64,000 bases of DNA, taken from a virus. The notes under the pieces are model-generated. The model was not told where the DNA came from. It worked only from the letters and a program-made list of their open reading frames with translations, and did no database searches. The DNA is taken from positions 1-64,000 of IMG/VR virus record IMGVR_UViG_3300034152_000478; one strand, given 5' to 3'. Shown piece after piece: positions 15,061-23,095 of this stretch (positions within the stretch are counted from its first letter, which is position 1; each line of letters starts with the position of its first letter). The translations under genes were made by a program, and so were the position numbers.

Positions 15061-15196
15061 GACGGGATGCTGTTAGGTTTACATGATCAGGAACTGAATG
15101 TCATAGGTTCGAATCCTATCTCCTCGACCACTAACGAGGAGTAGCTCAGTTGGATAGAGCGTCAGTAAAATGCGACTTGACGAACCCTTGCCCGTC
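15061..15196 (+). ncRNA. Y-RNA-like unit 8, YrlA-like circularly permuted tRNA domain
   Basis: GACGGG-ATGC...ACAT; ACTGA/TCAGT stem; T-arm ATAGG-TTCGAAT-CCTAT; acceptor CTCCTCG-ACCACTAA-CGAGGAG; D-arm GCTC..GAGC; CTTG-CCCGTC. Confidence 0.85.
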
Positions 15197-15206
15197 TTTT
15201 TAAATT

Positions 15207-15337
15207 TGAGGTATGCAGGCGTGGGTCCACATGGGACCCTGTGCAGTGGACATCTGGCCCGGCATTTTGATTCGCAAGCGCGGAGGGAGCCCAGCCGGGG
15301 AATAACTGCTCCCCAGGGGTCCCGCCTACATATCTCA
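15207..15337 (+). ncRNA. divergent unit 9, GC-rich structured RNA lacking the CTTG motif
   Basis: TGAGGTATGCAGGCG/CGCCTACATATCTCA closing stem (14 of 15 positions pair); ATGC-N12-ACAT spacing kept. Confidence 0.6.
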
Positions 15338-15351
15338 TAATAAAAAACTAT

Positions 15352-15445
15352 GCTGGAATGCTGTTTCGGGTTTACATGTGACCATCATAACATCTATGCT
15401 CGGGAGACCGGGCACTGACAACGACTCGGGCATACCTTGTCCAGC
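15352..15445 (+). ncRNA. Y-RNA-like unit 10 (GNRA hairpin cargo), followed by T7
   Basis: GCTGGA-ATGC-TGTTTCGGGTT-TACAT...TGCTCGG-GAGA-CCGGGCA...GACTCGGGCA..CTTG-TCCAGC-TTTTTTT. Confidence 0.75.
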
Positions 15446-15526
15446 TTTTTTTGATAGCCGGTAGAGAGGAATAAGTCATATTGCTCTGGAGCCAGAAATG
15501 GCTCCAACGCAATAAGGAGGTGGCTT

Positions 15527-15763
15527 ATGCCCGATCGACCTCGGAGAATATTGATTAAGGGAATCCTTTGGGAATTAACTGGCATACTCTGCCTCACAAT
15601 TCTTGCACTGCTATACACTGATTTTACGCTGCCAAAAGCGGGGTTTATTGCGCTTCTATACCACGGAATTCGTATCACCATGTACTTTGCGTATGAGGAA
15701 TTGTGGATGCAAATACGTTGGGGAAAGATAAAGCGCAAACACTATGGTAGAGATTCACACTGA
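15527..15763 (+). CDS. DUF2061-like small membrane protein
   Basis: RILIKGILWE...TMYFAYEELWMQIRWG pattern; AGGAGG RBS. Confidence 0.7.
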   Translation: MPDRPRRILIKGILWELTGILCLTILALLYTDFTLPKAGFIALLYHGIRITMYFAYEELWMQIRWGKIKRKHYGRDSH

Positions 15764-16196
15764 CGGATCTGTTCTAAAGAATCCTGGTGGCATTGGTGGC
15801 TGGTGTGCAGTAGTACAAATCGACAATCGCACCATCAACTTGATGGATGCCCTTCCTTCAACGACCAATAATCGCGCTGAACTTACGGCGGTTATTGAGG
15901 CTCTCAAATTCGTAGCCCACCTCGGGAAAACTTCCAATATCACAATCTATAGCGACAGCGAATACGTAGTCAAAGGTTGCAATGAGTGGCTGGCTCGCTG
16001 GGTCCAGATCGATTGGAAGCAGAATACAGTCAAAAATAGAGACCTATGGGAGGAAATTCTCATTCTGAAGGCCCAATTGAGCTTTACGCTTGTCTGGGTC
16101 GAATCGCACGGAGATGATGATCTAAACAATAAAGCCGATTCTCTTGCAAGGGAGTGTGCTCGTGAGTACGCAAGAACTGCCAGATTTCGCAAGTGA
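15744..16196 (+). CDS. rnhA: ribonuclease HI
   Basis: IHTDGSVLKNPGGIGGW, TTNNRAEL, YSDSEYV, VKNRDLW, WVESH, NNKADSLA. Confidence 0.93.
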   Translation: MVEIHTDGSVLKNPGGIGGWCAVVQIDNRTINLMDALPSTTNNRAELTAVIEALKFVAHLGKTSNITIYSDSEYVVKGCNEWLARWVQIDWKQNTVKNRDLWEEILILKAQLSFTLVWVESHGDDDLNNKADSLARECAREYARTARFRK

Positions 16197-16887
16197 GTAT
16201 CCGATCTATCTTGGTGATGCCTTCGATATCGTGGCTGACTGGCCAGACAAATCATTCGACCTATTGCTGACCGATATCCCATACAAGATTAGCAGACCTA
16301 ACCAGTTTAATACGATGGGCAGAACCGGATTTCAGTTTGAGTTTGAGCAGCAGCAATTTCCACTACAGGAATTGGCGTGGTTTGCTCGACTTTTGAAACC
16401 AGGTGGTAGTGTTTTGATTTTCCATTCGTTCCAGCAGACATCATTGGTTGAAGGAGCGTTCGCCGCATTGCAGGTTAAGGACAAGATAATCTGGGAAAAG
16501 AAGAATCCAATGCCGCGCAACACCAATCGGCGCTATGTTTCTGCGGCAGAGATAATCTCATGGTTTGTGAAGCCTGGGGCTCCATGGACATTCAACAAAA
16601 ACGACAACATACCGTATATACGCAATGTTCAGAAGGCATCAGTGGCTACGCATTTGTCGAAGTTTCATCCAACTTGTAAACCGTTTGAATTATTAGAGTC
16701 ATTAATAAGGCGGCATAGTAATGTTGGCGACATTATACTCGACCCATTTGCTGGTAGTTTTTCTACAATGGTAGCAGCATCTAACGCTGGCCGCATAGCT
16801 CACTGCATAGAAATTGATAGCAGGCACTATGAAAATGGCAAGAAAATGTTAGATAAATACGGGATTCAATATAAAGAAAAAATATAA
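16162..16887 (+). CDS. N4/N6 DNA methyltransferase (beta class)
   Basis: LTDIPY (DPPY-like), HPTCKP, ILDPFAGSFST; probable GTG start at 16162 after GGAG. Confidence 0.88.
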   Translation: MSTQELPDFASEYPIYLGDAFDIVADWPDKSFDLLLTDIPYKISRPNQFNTMGRTGFQFEFEQQQFPLQELAWFARLLKPGGSVLIFHSFQQTSLVEGAFAALQVKDKIIWEKKNPMPRNTNRRYVSAAEIISWFVKPGAPWTFNKNDNIPYIRNVQKASVATHLSKFHPTCKPFELLESLIRRHSNVGDIILDPFAGSFSTMVAASNAGRIAHCIEIDSRHYENGKKMLDKYGIQYKEKI

Positions 16888-17015
16888 GCTATGGCAAAAA
16901 GACACGTAACCAAAAAAGGATATTTACGTTTTAACGACAAAGGCACTTGTTGCATTAGGCGTTCTGTTGCTAACAAAAAACGCAGACGTGGAAAGACAGA
17001 AAAAGGGGTTTGTAA

Positions 17016-17990
17016 ATGAGAACAGCGCTTGTTACAGGCTGCACAGGCCAAGATGGAGCATGGCTTAGCCAGCTTCTACTAAACAAAGGGTATTCAGTCC
17101 TCGGTCTCTATCGTCGAGTGGCGAATGATACATTTGGTAGACTGCGCGAGCTGGATCTATTAGATAATGCCAACTTTCAGCTTGTGCCTGGAGATGTTAC
17201 TGACCCAACAGGTATTAACCGCCTGTTTTCTGATTATGAGATAGATGAGGTTTACAACCTTGCGGCTCAGTCATTTGTGAAAGAGTCCTTCAATACGCCC
17301 ATCACCACATCTATTATCAATGGTATGGGTCCTGCCTACATTCTTGAGGCTATACGTCTTTTCAGTCCTCAAACAAGATTCTATCAAGCTGGCACCAGTG
17401 AAGAATTCGGTCATGCCGACTATCGTGAACCCATGAATGAGGAAACTATTCTACATCCTCGCTCTCCTTACGGTGCTGCAAAAGTCTATGCACATCACAT
17501 AACGAGAATCTATCGTGAGGCTTATGGGCTTTTTGCTTGCGTTGGTCTGTTGTTCAATCATGAATCGATCTTCCGTGGCGAAGAGTTTGTCACCACTAAA
17601 GTGTGCAAAGGCGCTGCCGAAATAGCTCACGGCAAACGATCAGCATTGCAGCTCGGCAACTTAGACGCACGAAGAGACTGGGGATGCGCTAAAGACTATG
17701 TGAGAGCTATGCATCTCATGTTGCAACGTCCAGAGCCCGATGATTTCGTAATAGCTACTGGTGAATCTTATTCAATTCGTGATCTCTGTCAAGTAGCGTT
17801 TGAATATTTCAACCTTGTTTGGCAAGATCATGTTGAGTCTGACACTGCTCACACCAGGCCATCTGACGTTAACTGTTTGATCGGAGATGCGAGCAAGGCG
17901 GCTATGCTGCTTGGTTGGAGGCCGAATATTGCATTTAAAGACATGATACAAGAAATGTGCGAATATTGGGATAGGAGAATGAAACAATGA
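17016..17990 (+). CDS. gmd: GDP-mannose 4,6-dehydratase
   Basis: ALVTGCTGQDGAWL, YNLAAQSFV, FYQAGTSEEFG, PRSPYGAAK, LFNHES..RG..FVT.K, LGNLDARRDWG.A.DYV. Confidence 0.95.
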   Translation: MRTALVTGCTGQDGAWLSQLLLNKGYSVLGLYRRVANDTFGRLRELDLLDNANFQLVPGDVTDPTGINRLFSDYEIDEVYNLAAQSFVKESFNTPITTSIINGMGPAYILEAIRLFSPQTRFYQAGTSEEFGHADYREPMNEETILHPRSPYGAAKVYAHHITRIYREAYGLFACVGLLFNHESIFRGEEFVTTKVCKGAAEIAHGKRSALQLGNLDARRDWGCAKDYVRAMHLMLQRPEPDDFVIATGESYSIRDLCQVAFEYFNLVWQDHVESDTAHTRPSDVNCLIGDASKAAMLLGWRPNIAFKDMIQEMCEYWDRRMKQ

Positions 17991-18445
17991 GTGGTCTTTT
18001 GTCGCATCGCGCCATAGTGAGTGGAGTCATCGTTGAGCCTGTACGTCACTATGAAGACAGCAAAGTAATTCCAGGATTCGATGCTTATGAGGATGACCTT
18101 CTGATTATTGACCCTGGAACAAAAACTATCACTGTGAAGAAACTCGATGTCAACCCAAACGATGTGTATTCAAGAATCCAGGATGCTTTCGATGATCCTG
18201 CCACTTTGGATTTAGATATTCCAATGATGGCTGTTGATCGTTGGCATTACAGGATGATTAATGGCTGGCGGATTGCCAATTTGCATGAACTGTCTTTTCC
18301 TCCGGTTGAAGTGTCGTATCAGATTGAGCAAGATGGAGTTTGGCAGGAGGGCGTTAAGCGAATAGCATCCCAGGAGGAAGAGGTATTCCAGGAGGAAGAT
18401 GATGTTGGTATGCCGCCAAAGCGAGCTGGAACCAACTGGATTTGA
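17987..18445 (+). CDS. hypothetical protein
   Basis: 152 aa ORF coupled to gmd. Confidence 0.65.
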   Translation: MSGLLSHRAIVSGVIVEPVRHYEDSKVIPGFDAYEDDLLIIDPGTKTITVKKLDVNPNDVYSRIQDAFDDPATLDLDIPMMAVDRWHYRMINGWRIANLHELSFPPVEVSYQIEQDGVWQEGVKRIASQEEEVFQEEDDVGMPPKRAGTNWI

Positions 18446-18744
18446 ATTCGGTATTGGTGTTGGTCCTTTTAATATCGTATTATGCAGGGGGCTAATGCCA
18501 GGTGGTAGACAGGGGTGGTTTGTTTCCTTCAGTGTCGTATTTAAGAGAAACGTATACTGGTTTGGATATTACTCATATCTTCAATACTGTGAGCAGAAAT
18601 TTCGCAGATGCTTTGGGAGTTATGCGTCCGGAGATTCGACCTCCACACTGAAGGGTTGTAGATTTGGCAATTTTAGCATGACTCGATTGCGGTGCGGCGG
18701 GACATTAGATAAACACGACACCTTATTTCAAAGGCTGGCTGAAC

Positions 18745-21357
18745 ATGACAGACAATCGTCCGACACTGACGGAGAACGCAAGGAAGCTCGTTGAGTCGAG
18801 ATATCTATTAAGGAATAATGATAGGGAGATTATTGAAACGCCACGGCAGATGATGGAGAGGGTTGCAGGGTGCTTGGCCTTTGTCGAGAAAGACCAGGAG
18901 CACTACTACAGCCTATTCTTAGAGCATTTGCTGGATCTATCTATTGTACCTGCATCTCCATACTTCTTTAACGCTCGCCATCCTGAGAAAGAAAAGGTCG
19001 GCGGGCTTTTTTCATGTTTCGTAATACCCATAGGTGACTCCATTGATGAGATTTACGAGTGCATGGCCCAGGCCGCTAAGATATACCAGCGAGCTGGTGG
19101 TGTGGGTATTGACTTCTCGCCACTGAGAGAGAATGGTGCTCTGGTTGTAACATCAAAGGGTATTGCGACTGGCCCATTATCCTTCATGAAGGTGTTCAAT
19201 TTCTCCTCCGAAGCTGTCGTACAAGGCGGTAGAAGAAGAGGCGCTTCGCTTGCAGCATTAGACGCATCACATCCGGACATTGAGCCATTTATCACCGCAA
19301 AATCCACTAACTTACCTGAAATCAATCGCCTACTCAAGATTGTTAATAGCTCTACAGATCAGGTAGCTCGCAACTTCGCACAGCTTGAGCTGAAACGCCT
19401 GCAAGAGTTTACTCAATTCAACCTGTCTATTAAGGCCACCGATGAGTTCATGCAGGCCGTTAAAGACAATATCGACTGGTATCTGATCTCGCCGCGTGAT
19501 GGTCGCATTACCAAAACAGTAAAAGCCAGAAAACTATTTCAAATGATATGTGATGGCGCTTGGCGTTCAGGTTGCCCAGGCATGATCTACATTGACACTG
19601 TGAATACGGCTAATAAACTGCCGGGGCTTGGCAGAATCGAATGCTGCAATCCTTGTGGCGAGATATATGTCCATGCTCATCATGCTTGTAACCTAATAGC
19701 GATAAATCTTAATAAATGCCTAAAAGATGGACAGGTGTGTTTCAAAACCATACACAGCCTGGCTGGGATAGCCATGAGAATGGCCGATAATGCTATCGAT
19801 GTTTCCGACTATCCACTGGATGTAATCAGACGCCACGTACAAGCCACCAGGGGCGTCGGTGTTGGCCTCATGGGATTTGCTGATATCCTGATCGAGCTTG
19901 GGATACCATACGATTCTGAGGCGGCTCAGGAGCTTCTACGCAAAATCTGTCAGTATCTCAATGTCGGCTGCTACGATGCCTCGATGTCTCTTGGTACAGA
20001 GCGCGGAAACTTCATGAACTATAAAAACTCCATATGGGCTGAGGGTGGCGTACCTATGCGCAATGCTTGGCACACCTCGCTGCAGCCAACCGGATCTATC
20101 TCTATGATTGCCGGGGCTTCTCAGTCTATTGAGCCCTTGTACAATGTCTTTTATCGCAGAAAGACTCACGATGGGCAGATTTATGTTGAGCTTCATGACA
20201 AATTCAGAGAGGCTATTGAAAATGCCGGGCTCAACCTGGAGGAAGTATTGGTCAAGCTGGTTAAGACTGGCTCTATTCAGGCATTGGATTTACCAGATGA
20301 GATCAAGTCGGTATTTCGCTGTGCACAAGACATTGCCCCGAAGGATCATGTGTTAATGCAGGCTGCCGCCCAAGAGCACATTCATCAGGGCATCTCCAAG
20401 ACCATCAATATGCCAGAAAGGACTACGCCTGAACAAATCGGCGAAGTCTATATGCTTGCGCATGAGCTGGGCGTGAAAGGAGTAACAGTCTTTCGAGAGG
20501 GTTCAAAGCCGGGTGTGCTGGAGACATCTAATTCTGCTGACATGTATGATGAGAAACTCAAGGATTTCTTGGTACAGAAGTTTGTCCACGAAGACTGGAA
20601 GGCTAAGGAGATCGCTGAGTTTCTTGGTGTGACTGAGCAAAGCATATTCTCGAAGCTTAAGAAGTACGGCATCAAAAAGAAAGAAAGTGCGAACCTGGAA
20701 TACGAACGCGACATGCCAATCGGTGATATCTTGAAAGAGATAATACTGGCCAACTTCATTGGCAGCCCTTCCAGAGCACAGATAGCAGATCACCAGGCGA
20801 GCTATCGTCAGGTCTCGGATCACTTGAATTATGTCCGCAATGTGCGTAAGCTTTTTACTGATAGAGGCATTTCTTGTACCCAGATCGAGTCAGTTTTGAC
20901 AGATCGAGTGTACTACTATTTCGATACCGCTTTCATGAAGGCGATCTATGAGCTTCCTTTTGAAATCGGGAAAGATAATAAGCCAATAGTTAATATCGAC
21001 AAAAGAAGTGTGAATGTGCTAATAACTCCGCACTTCATACGACACTTGTTTCTGATGGCTGGAGTGGTAACTGGTCATGGCGGTATATCGTTTAATACCA
21101 CTGGCGAAAATGGAGATTTGATGCGCAGACTTCTTGTCAGACTTGGTAATATGCTGGAGATTAACATAAAAGTTCATGACGACAGTGTTTACGTTCCAAA
21201 GAATGCTACCGACATCTTTTATAGCTACATAGAAGGCGGAGAAGATATAGAAGTCACTTGTGAAAATTCTCTTTGTCCTGAATGTGGTAATAAGCTAATA
21301 GTCAGTGAGCACTGCCGGTCTTGCAATGCTTGCGGCTGGTCTGCTTGTTTAGTTTAG
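18745..21357 (+). CDS. nrdJ: class II (B12-dependent) ribonucleotide reductase with C-terminal HTH/LAGLIDADG-like insert and Zn ribbon
   Basis: SCFV, GGVGIDFSPLR, QGGRRRGA, NPCGE, CNL, RGVGVGLMGFAD, QPTGSISM, ISKTIN, KGVTVFREGS; ends CPECG...C..CGWS.C. Confidence 0.9.
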   Translation: MTDNRPTLTENARKLVESRYLLRNNDREIIETPRQMMERVAGCLAFVEKDQEHYYSLFLEHLLDLSIVPASPYFFNARHPEKEKVGGLFSCFVIPIGDSIDEIYECMAQAAKIYQRAGGVGIDFSPLRENGALVVTSKGIATGPLSFMKVFNFSSEAVVQGGRRRGASLAALDASHPDIEPFITAKSTNLPEINRLLKIVNSSTDQVARNFAQLELKRLQEFTQFNLSIKATDEFMQAVKDNIDWYLISPRDGRITKTVKARKLFQMICDGAWRSGCPGMIYIDTVNTANKLPGLGRIECCNPCGEIYVHAHHACNLIAINLNKCLKDGQVCFKTIHSLAGIAMRMADNAIDVSDYPLDVIRRHVQATRGVGVGLMGFADILIELGIPYDSEAAQELLRKICQYLNVGCYDASMSLGTERGNFMNYKNSIWAEGGVPMRNAWHTSLQPTGSISMIAGASQSIEPLYNVFYRRKTHDGQIYVELHDKFREAIENAGLNLEEVLVKLVKTGSIQALDLPDEIKSVFRCAQDIAPKDHVLMQAAAQEHIHQGISKTINMPERTTPEQIGEVYMLAHELGVKGVTVFREGSKPGVLETSNSADMYDEKLKDFLVQKFVHEDWKAKEIAEFLGVTEQSIFSKLKKYGIKKKESANLEYERDMPIGDILKEIILANFIGSPSRAQIADHQASYRQVSDHLNYVRNVRKLFTDRGISCTQIESVLTDRVYYYFDTAFMKAIYELPFEIGKDNKPIVNIDKRSVNVLITPHFIRHLFLMAGVVTGHGGISFNTTGENGDLMRRLLVRLGNMLEINIKVHDDSVYVPKNATDIFYSYIEGGEDIEVTCENSLCPECGNKLIVSEHCRSCNACGWSACLV

Positions 21358-21384
21358 CCGTATCTATTATGTATAGGAGGAATT

Positions 21385-21921
21385 ATGTCTGATGGTATGG
21401 AACTTATCTCGGCGGAACTGGTCGGTAGATATGGTGTACTACCCTTGCTTCCGTTCGATGAAGTTCTGATTGATGAGCTAAGTGGCAAGCGACTATTTTG
21501 CATCCGCGTCAGTGATGGCTCAAGCAATCCGGAGAACTACAAGATTGAGGTCAAGAAGCCTCGCCAAAGTTGCAAGCACTGTTATGGATTAGGGTACGAG
21601 AATATCTTTTTCTCGAACGAAGAACGATTCCAGGGACATCCTTTACTGAACATGTGTCGTTGCCTAAAGAAAGACCCAGAAGCACAAGCAGTATACGACG
21701 CTGCCCATAAAGAGATTGTCAAAGAGGAGGCCGTCATGCCTTGTGAGGTTTGTCAACAAAAGGAATGTATATGCAACGTCCTGAAGGCACAGGCAGCACC
21801 ACCGAAACTGAAAGCCAGTGAGAACTTCCGAGAAGTTGTTCCCAGTGGAGAAGGATTGGCTAAAGCAAGTATCAACGACGTAATTAGAGAGAACACCATA
21901 GGCGAAGCTGAAGATGTCTAA
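21385..21921 (+). CDS. Cys-rich zinc-finger protein
   Basis: CKHCYGLG...CRC; AGGAGG RBS. Confidence 0.7.
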   Translation: MSDGMELISAELVGRYGVLPLLPFDEVLIDELSGKRLFCIRVSDGSSNPENYKIEVKKPRQSCKHCYGLGYENIFFSNEERFQGHPLLNMCRCLKKDPEAQAVYDAAHKEIVKEEAVMPCEVCQQKECICNVLKAQAAPPKLKASENFREVVPSGEGLAKASINDVIRENTIGEAEDV

Positions 21922-22564
21922 AACTCCAGAAAGGTTGGCGTCTCACGAGGCGCACATTGCCGATCTGGCGCGAAAAGGCATGCTTACTTATGAAGCTATT
22001 GCTCCAATAGTCGAAACCATTATACGGGGCAAGGTTGCCAAGCTTGGTACGATAGGGGCTTATGACTTTGAAGATATCGCCCAAGAGATACGAGCAAAGT
22101 GTGCCCGCATTATGGGACGTTTTGATCCAGAGAAGAGTACTGCGTACAATTTCTTTGGATATTGCGCAGATAACTTCATTAAAGACCTCATGCGCAAACA
22201 CACCTTGCGTGATGGGGCTATATGTAGTTCGTGCGTCTATAGTGGAGATAAATCCTGCAAGCTATATCCAGAAGCCAATCAATGTGACAGATATAAGAGC
22301 TATCTGGAGCAAAAACGCAGAAAAGAACGTGTCTGTCTCATGCGGAGCAATCCAAACTTTTCATGGGAGACGTTCAACAAGGGAGTGTGGGCAAGAGATA
22401 CCGAAGAGTACTATCTAAGTAGCATTAGGATTATCAGAACGCATCTACCAAGCATTATGCGATATTACTTTGACTTGCTACTGGCAGCATCCGGTATTCC
22501 TCATGCTATGTACGAAGAGTTGTACGAGGAGGTTGAGTATGTTATTCGTGAATTTATCGATTGA
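21914..22564 (+). CDS. phage sigma70-family-like factor
   Basis: YDFEDIAQE...FDPEKS..YNFF...NFIKDLMRK resembles sigma region 2. Confidence 0.65.
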   Translation: MSKTPERLASHEAHIADLARKGMLTYEAIAPIVETIIRGKVAKLGTIGAYDFEDIAQEIRAKCARIMGRFDPEKSTAYNFFGYCADNFIKDLMRKHTLRDGAICSSCVYSGDKSCKLYPEANQCDRYKSYLEQKRRKERVCLMRSNPNFSWETFNKGVWARDTEEYYLSSIRIIRTHLPSIMRYYFDLLLAASGIPHAMYEELYEEVEYVIREFID

Positions 22565-23093
22565 TGCATTGGTGTGCCTTGAATGTGGTGAGATAGTGCA
22601 GCCCAATGAATTAGTCGTGAAGAAAGTAGCTGAATTGGACATTCCGGATGCTATGAAAGCAAAAGGAGCCCTGTTCAGCACTGTCGCGTGTCCTCATTGC
22701 GAGCAAGGATTTGTATTTGGATTCTTGGCCGTGCCGAAGAAAGAACGCAAGGGCGAGCTGATACGCGGAGATAACAGCGTAGTATGCACCGGAGAAGTTC
22801 GCGATGCTATTCCTATAAGTGACGAAGAGGCTGCTGCTGTTGAGCAGGAAGCCATAGAAGAGCAAAAGCAGGTACAAGAAGACCGCAGAAAGAAGCGCAA
22901 GACTGGCCTTGTTAAGTCAGAAGATGGTACAATCGATCTGGATGCTCCAGTTGAAAGGGTACCTGAAACTCTGAAGAAGATTCAATGCTTTGAGTGCAAG
23001 AAAGAGATCGAGGTTCCCAGTACCGCAAGTTCAGAATTCAATATGAGATGTTCGAGCTGTCTTAAGGCGTTGGTTCGCAAGCATAGAGGATAA
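22539..23093 (+). CDS. multi-zinc-ribbon protein
   Basis: Four CxxC motifs; probable start at 22539 after GAGGAGG. Confidence 0.65.
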   Translation: MLFVNLSIDALVCLECGEIVQPNELVVKKVAELDIPDAMKAKGALFSTVACPHCEQGFVFGFLAVPKKERKGELIRGDNSVVCTGEVRDAIPISDEEAAAVEQEAIEEQKQVQEDRRKKRKTGLVKSEDGTIDLDAPVERVPETLKKIQCFECKKEIEVPSTASSEFNMRCSSCLKALVRKHRG

Positions 23094-23095
23094 AT

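Noticed and set aside
14794-15166. Ordinary tRNA genes or a tRNA-derived attachment-site remnant
   Set aside because: One domain has no anticodon loop and two are circularly permuted. All are enclosed by the repeated scaffold, and no integrase is present in the window.
15207-15337. 6S RNA or SRP RNA
   Set aside because: It is shorter than a typical 6S RNA, with no clear central bubble, and lacks the SRP CAGG/GNRA/AGCA motif.
14393-15390. Anticodon mimics (CAT) in the cargos of units 2, 3 and 10
   Set aside because: CAT occurs, but without a convincing 7-nt loop on a stem with the U33/R37 pattern.
14273-15445. CRISPR array
   Set aside because: The repeats are degenerate and bipartite, and conserve pairing rather than sequence. 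Unit lengths range from about 60 to 140 nt and no cas genes are present.
18399-18794. 131 aa ORF between the hypothetical gene and nrdJ
   Set aside because: It overlaps both neighbours and has no recognisable motif. It may be real but could not be supported.
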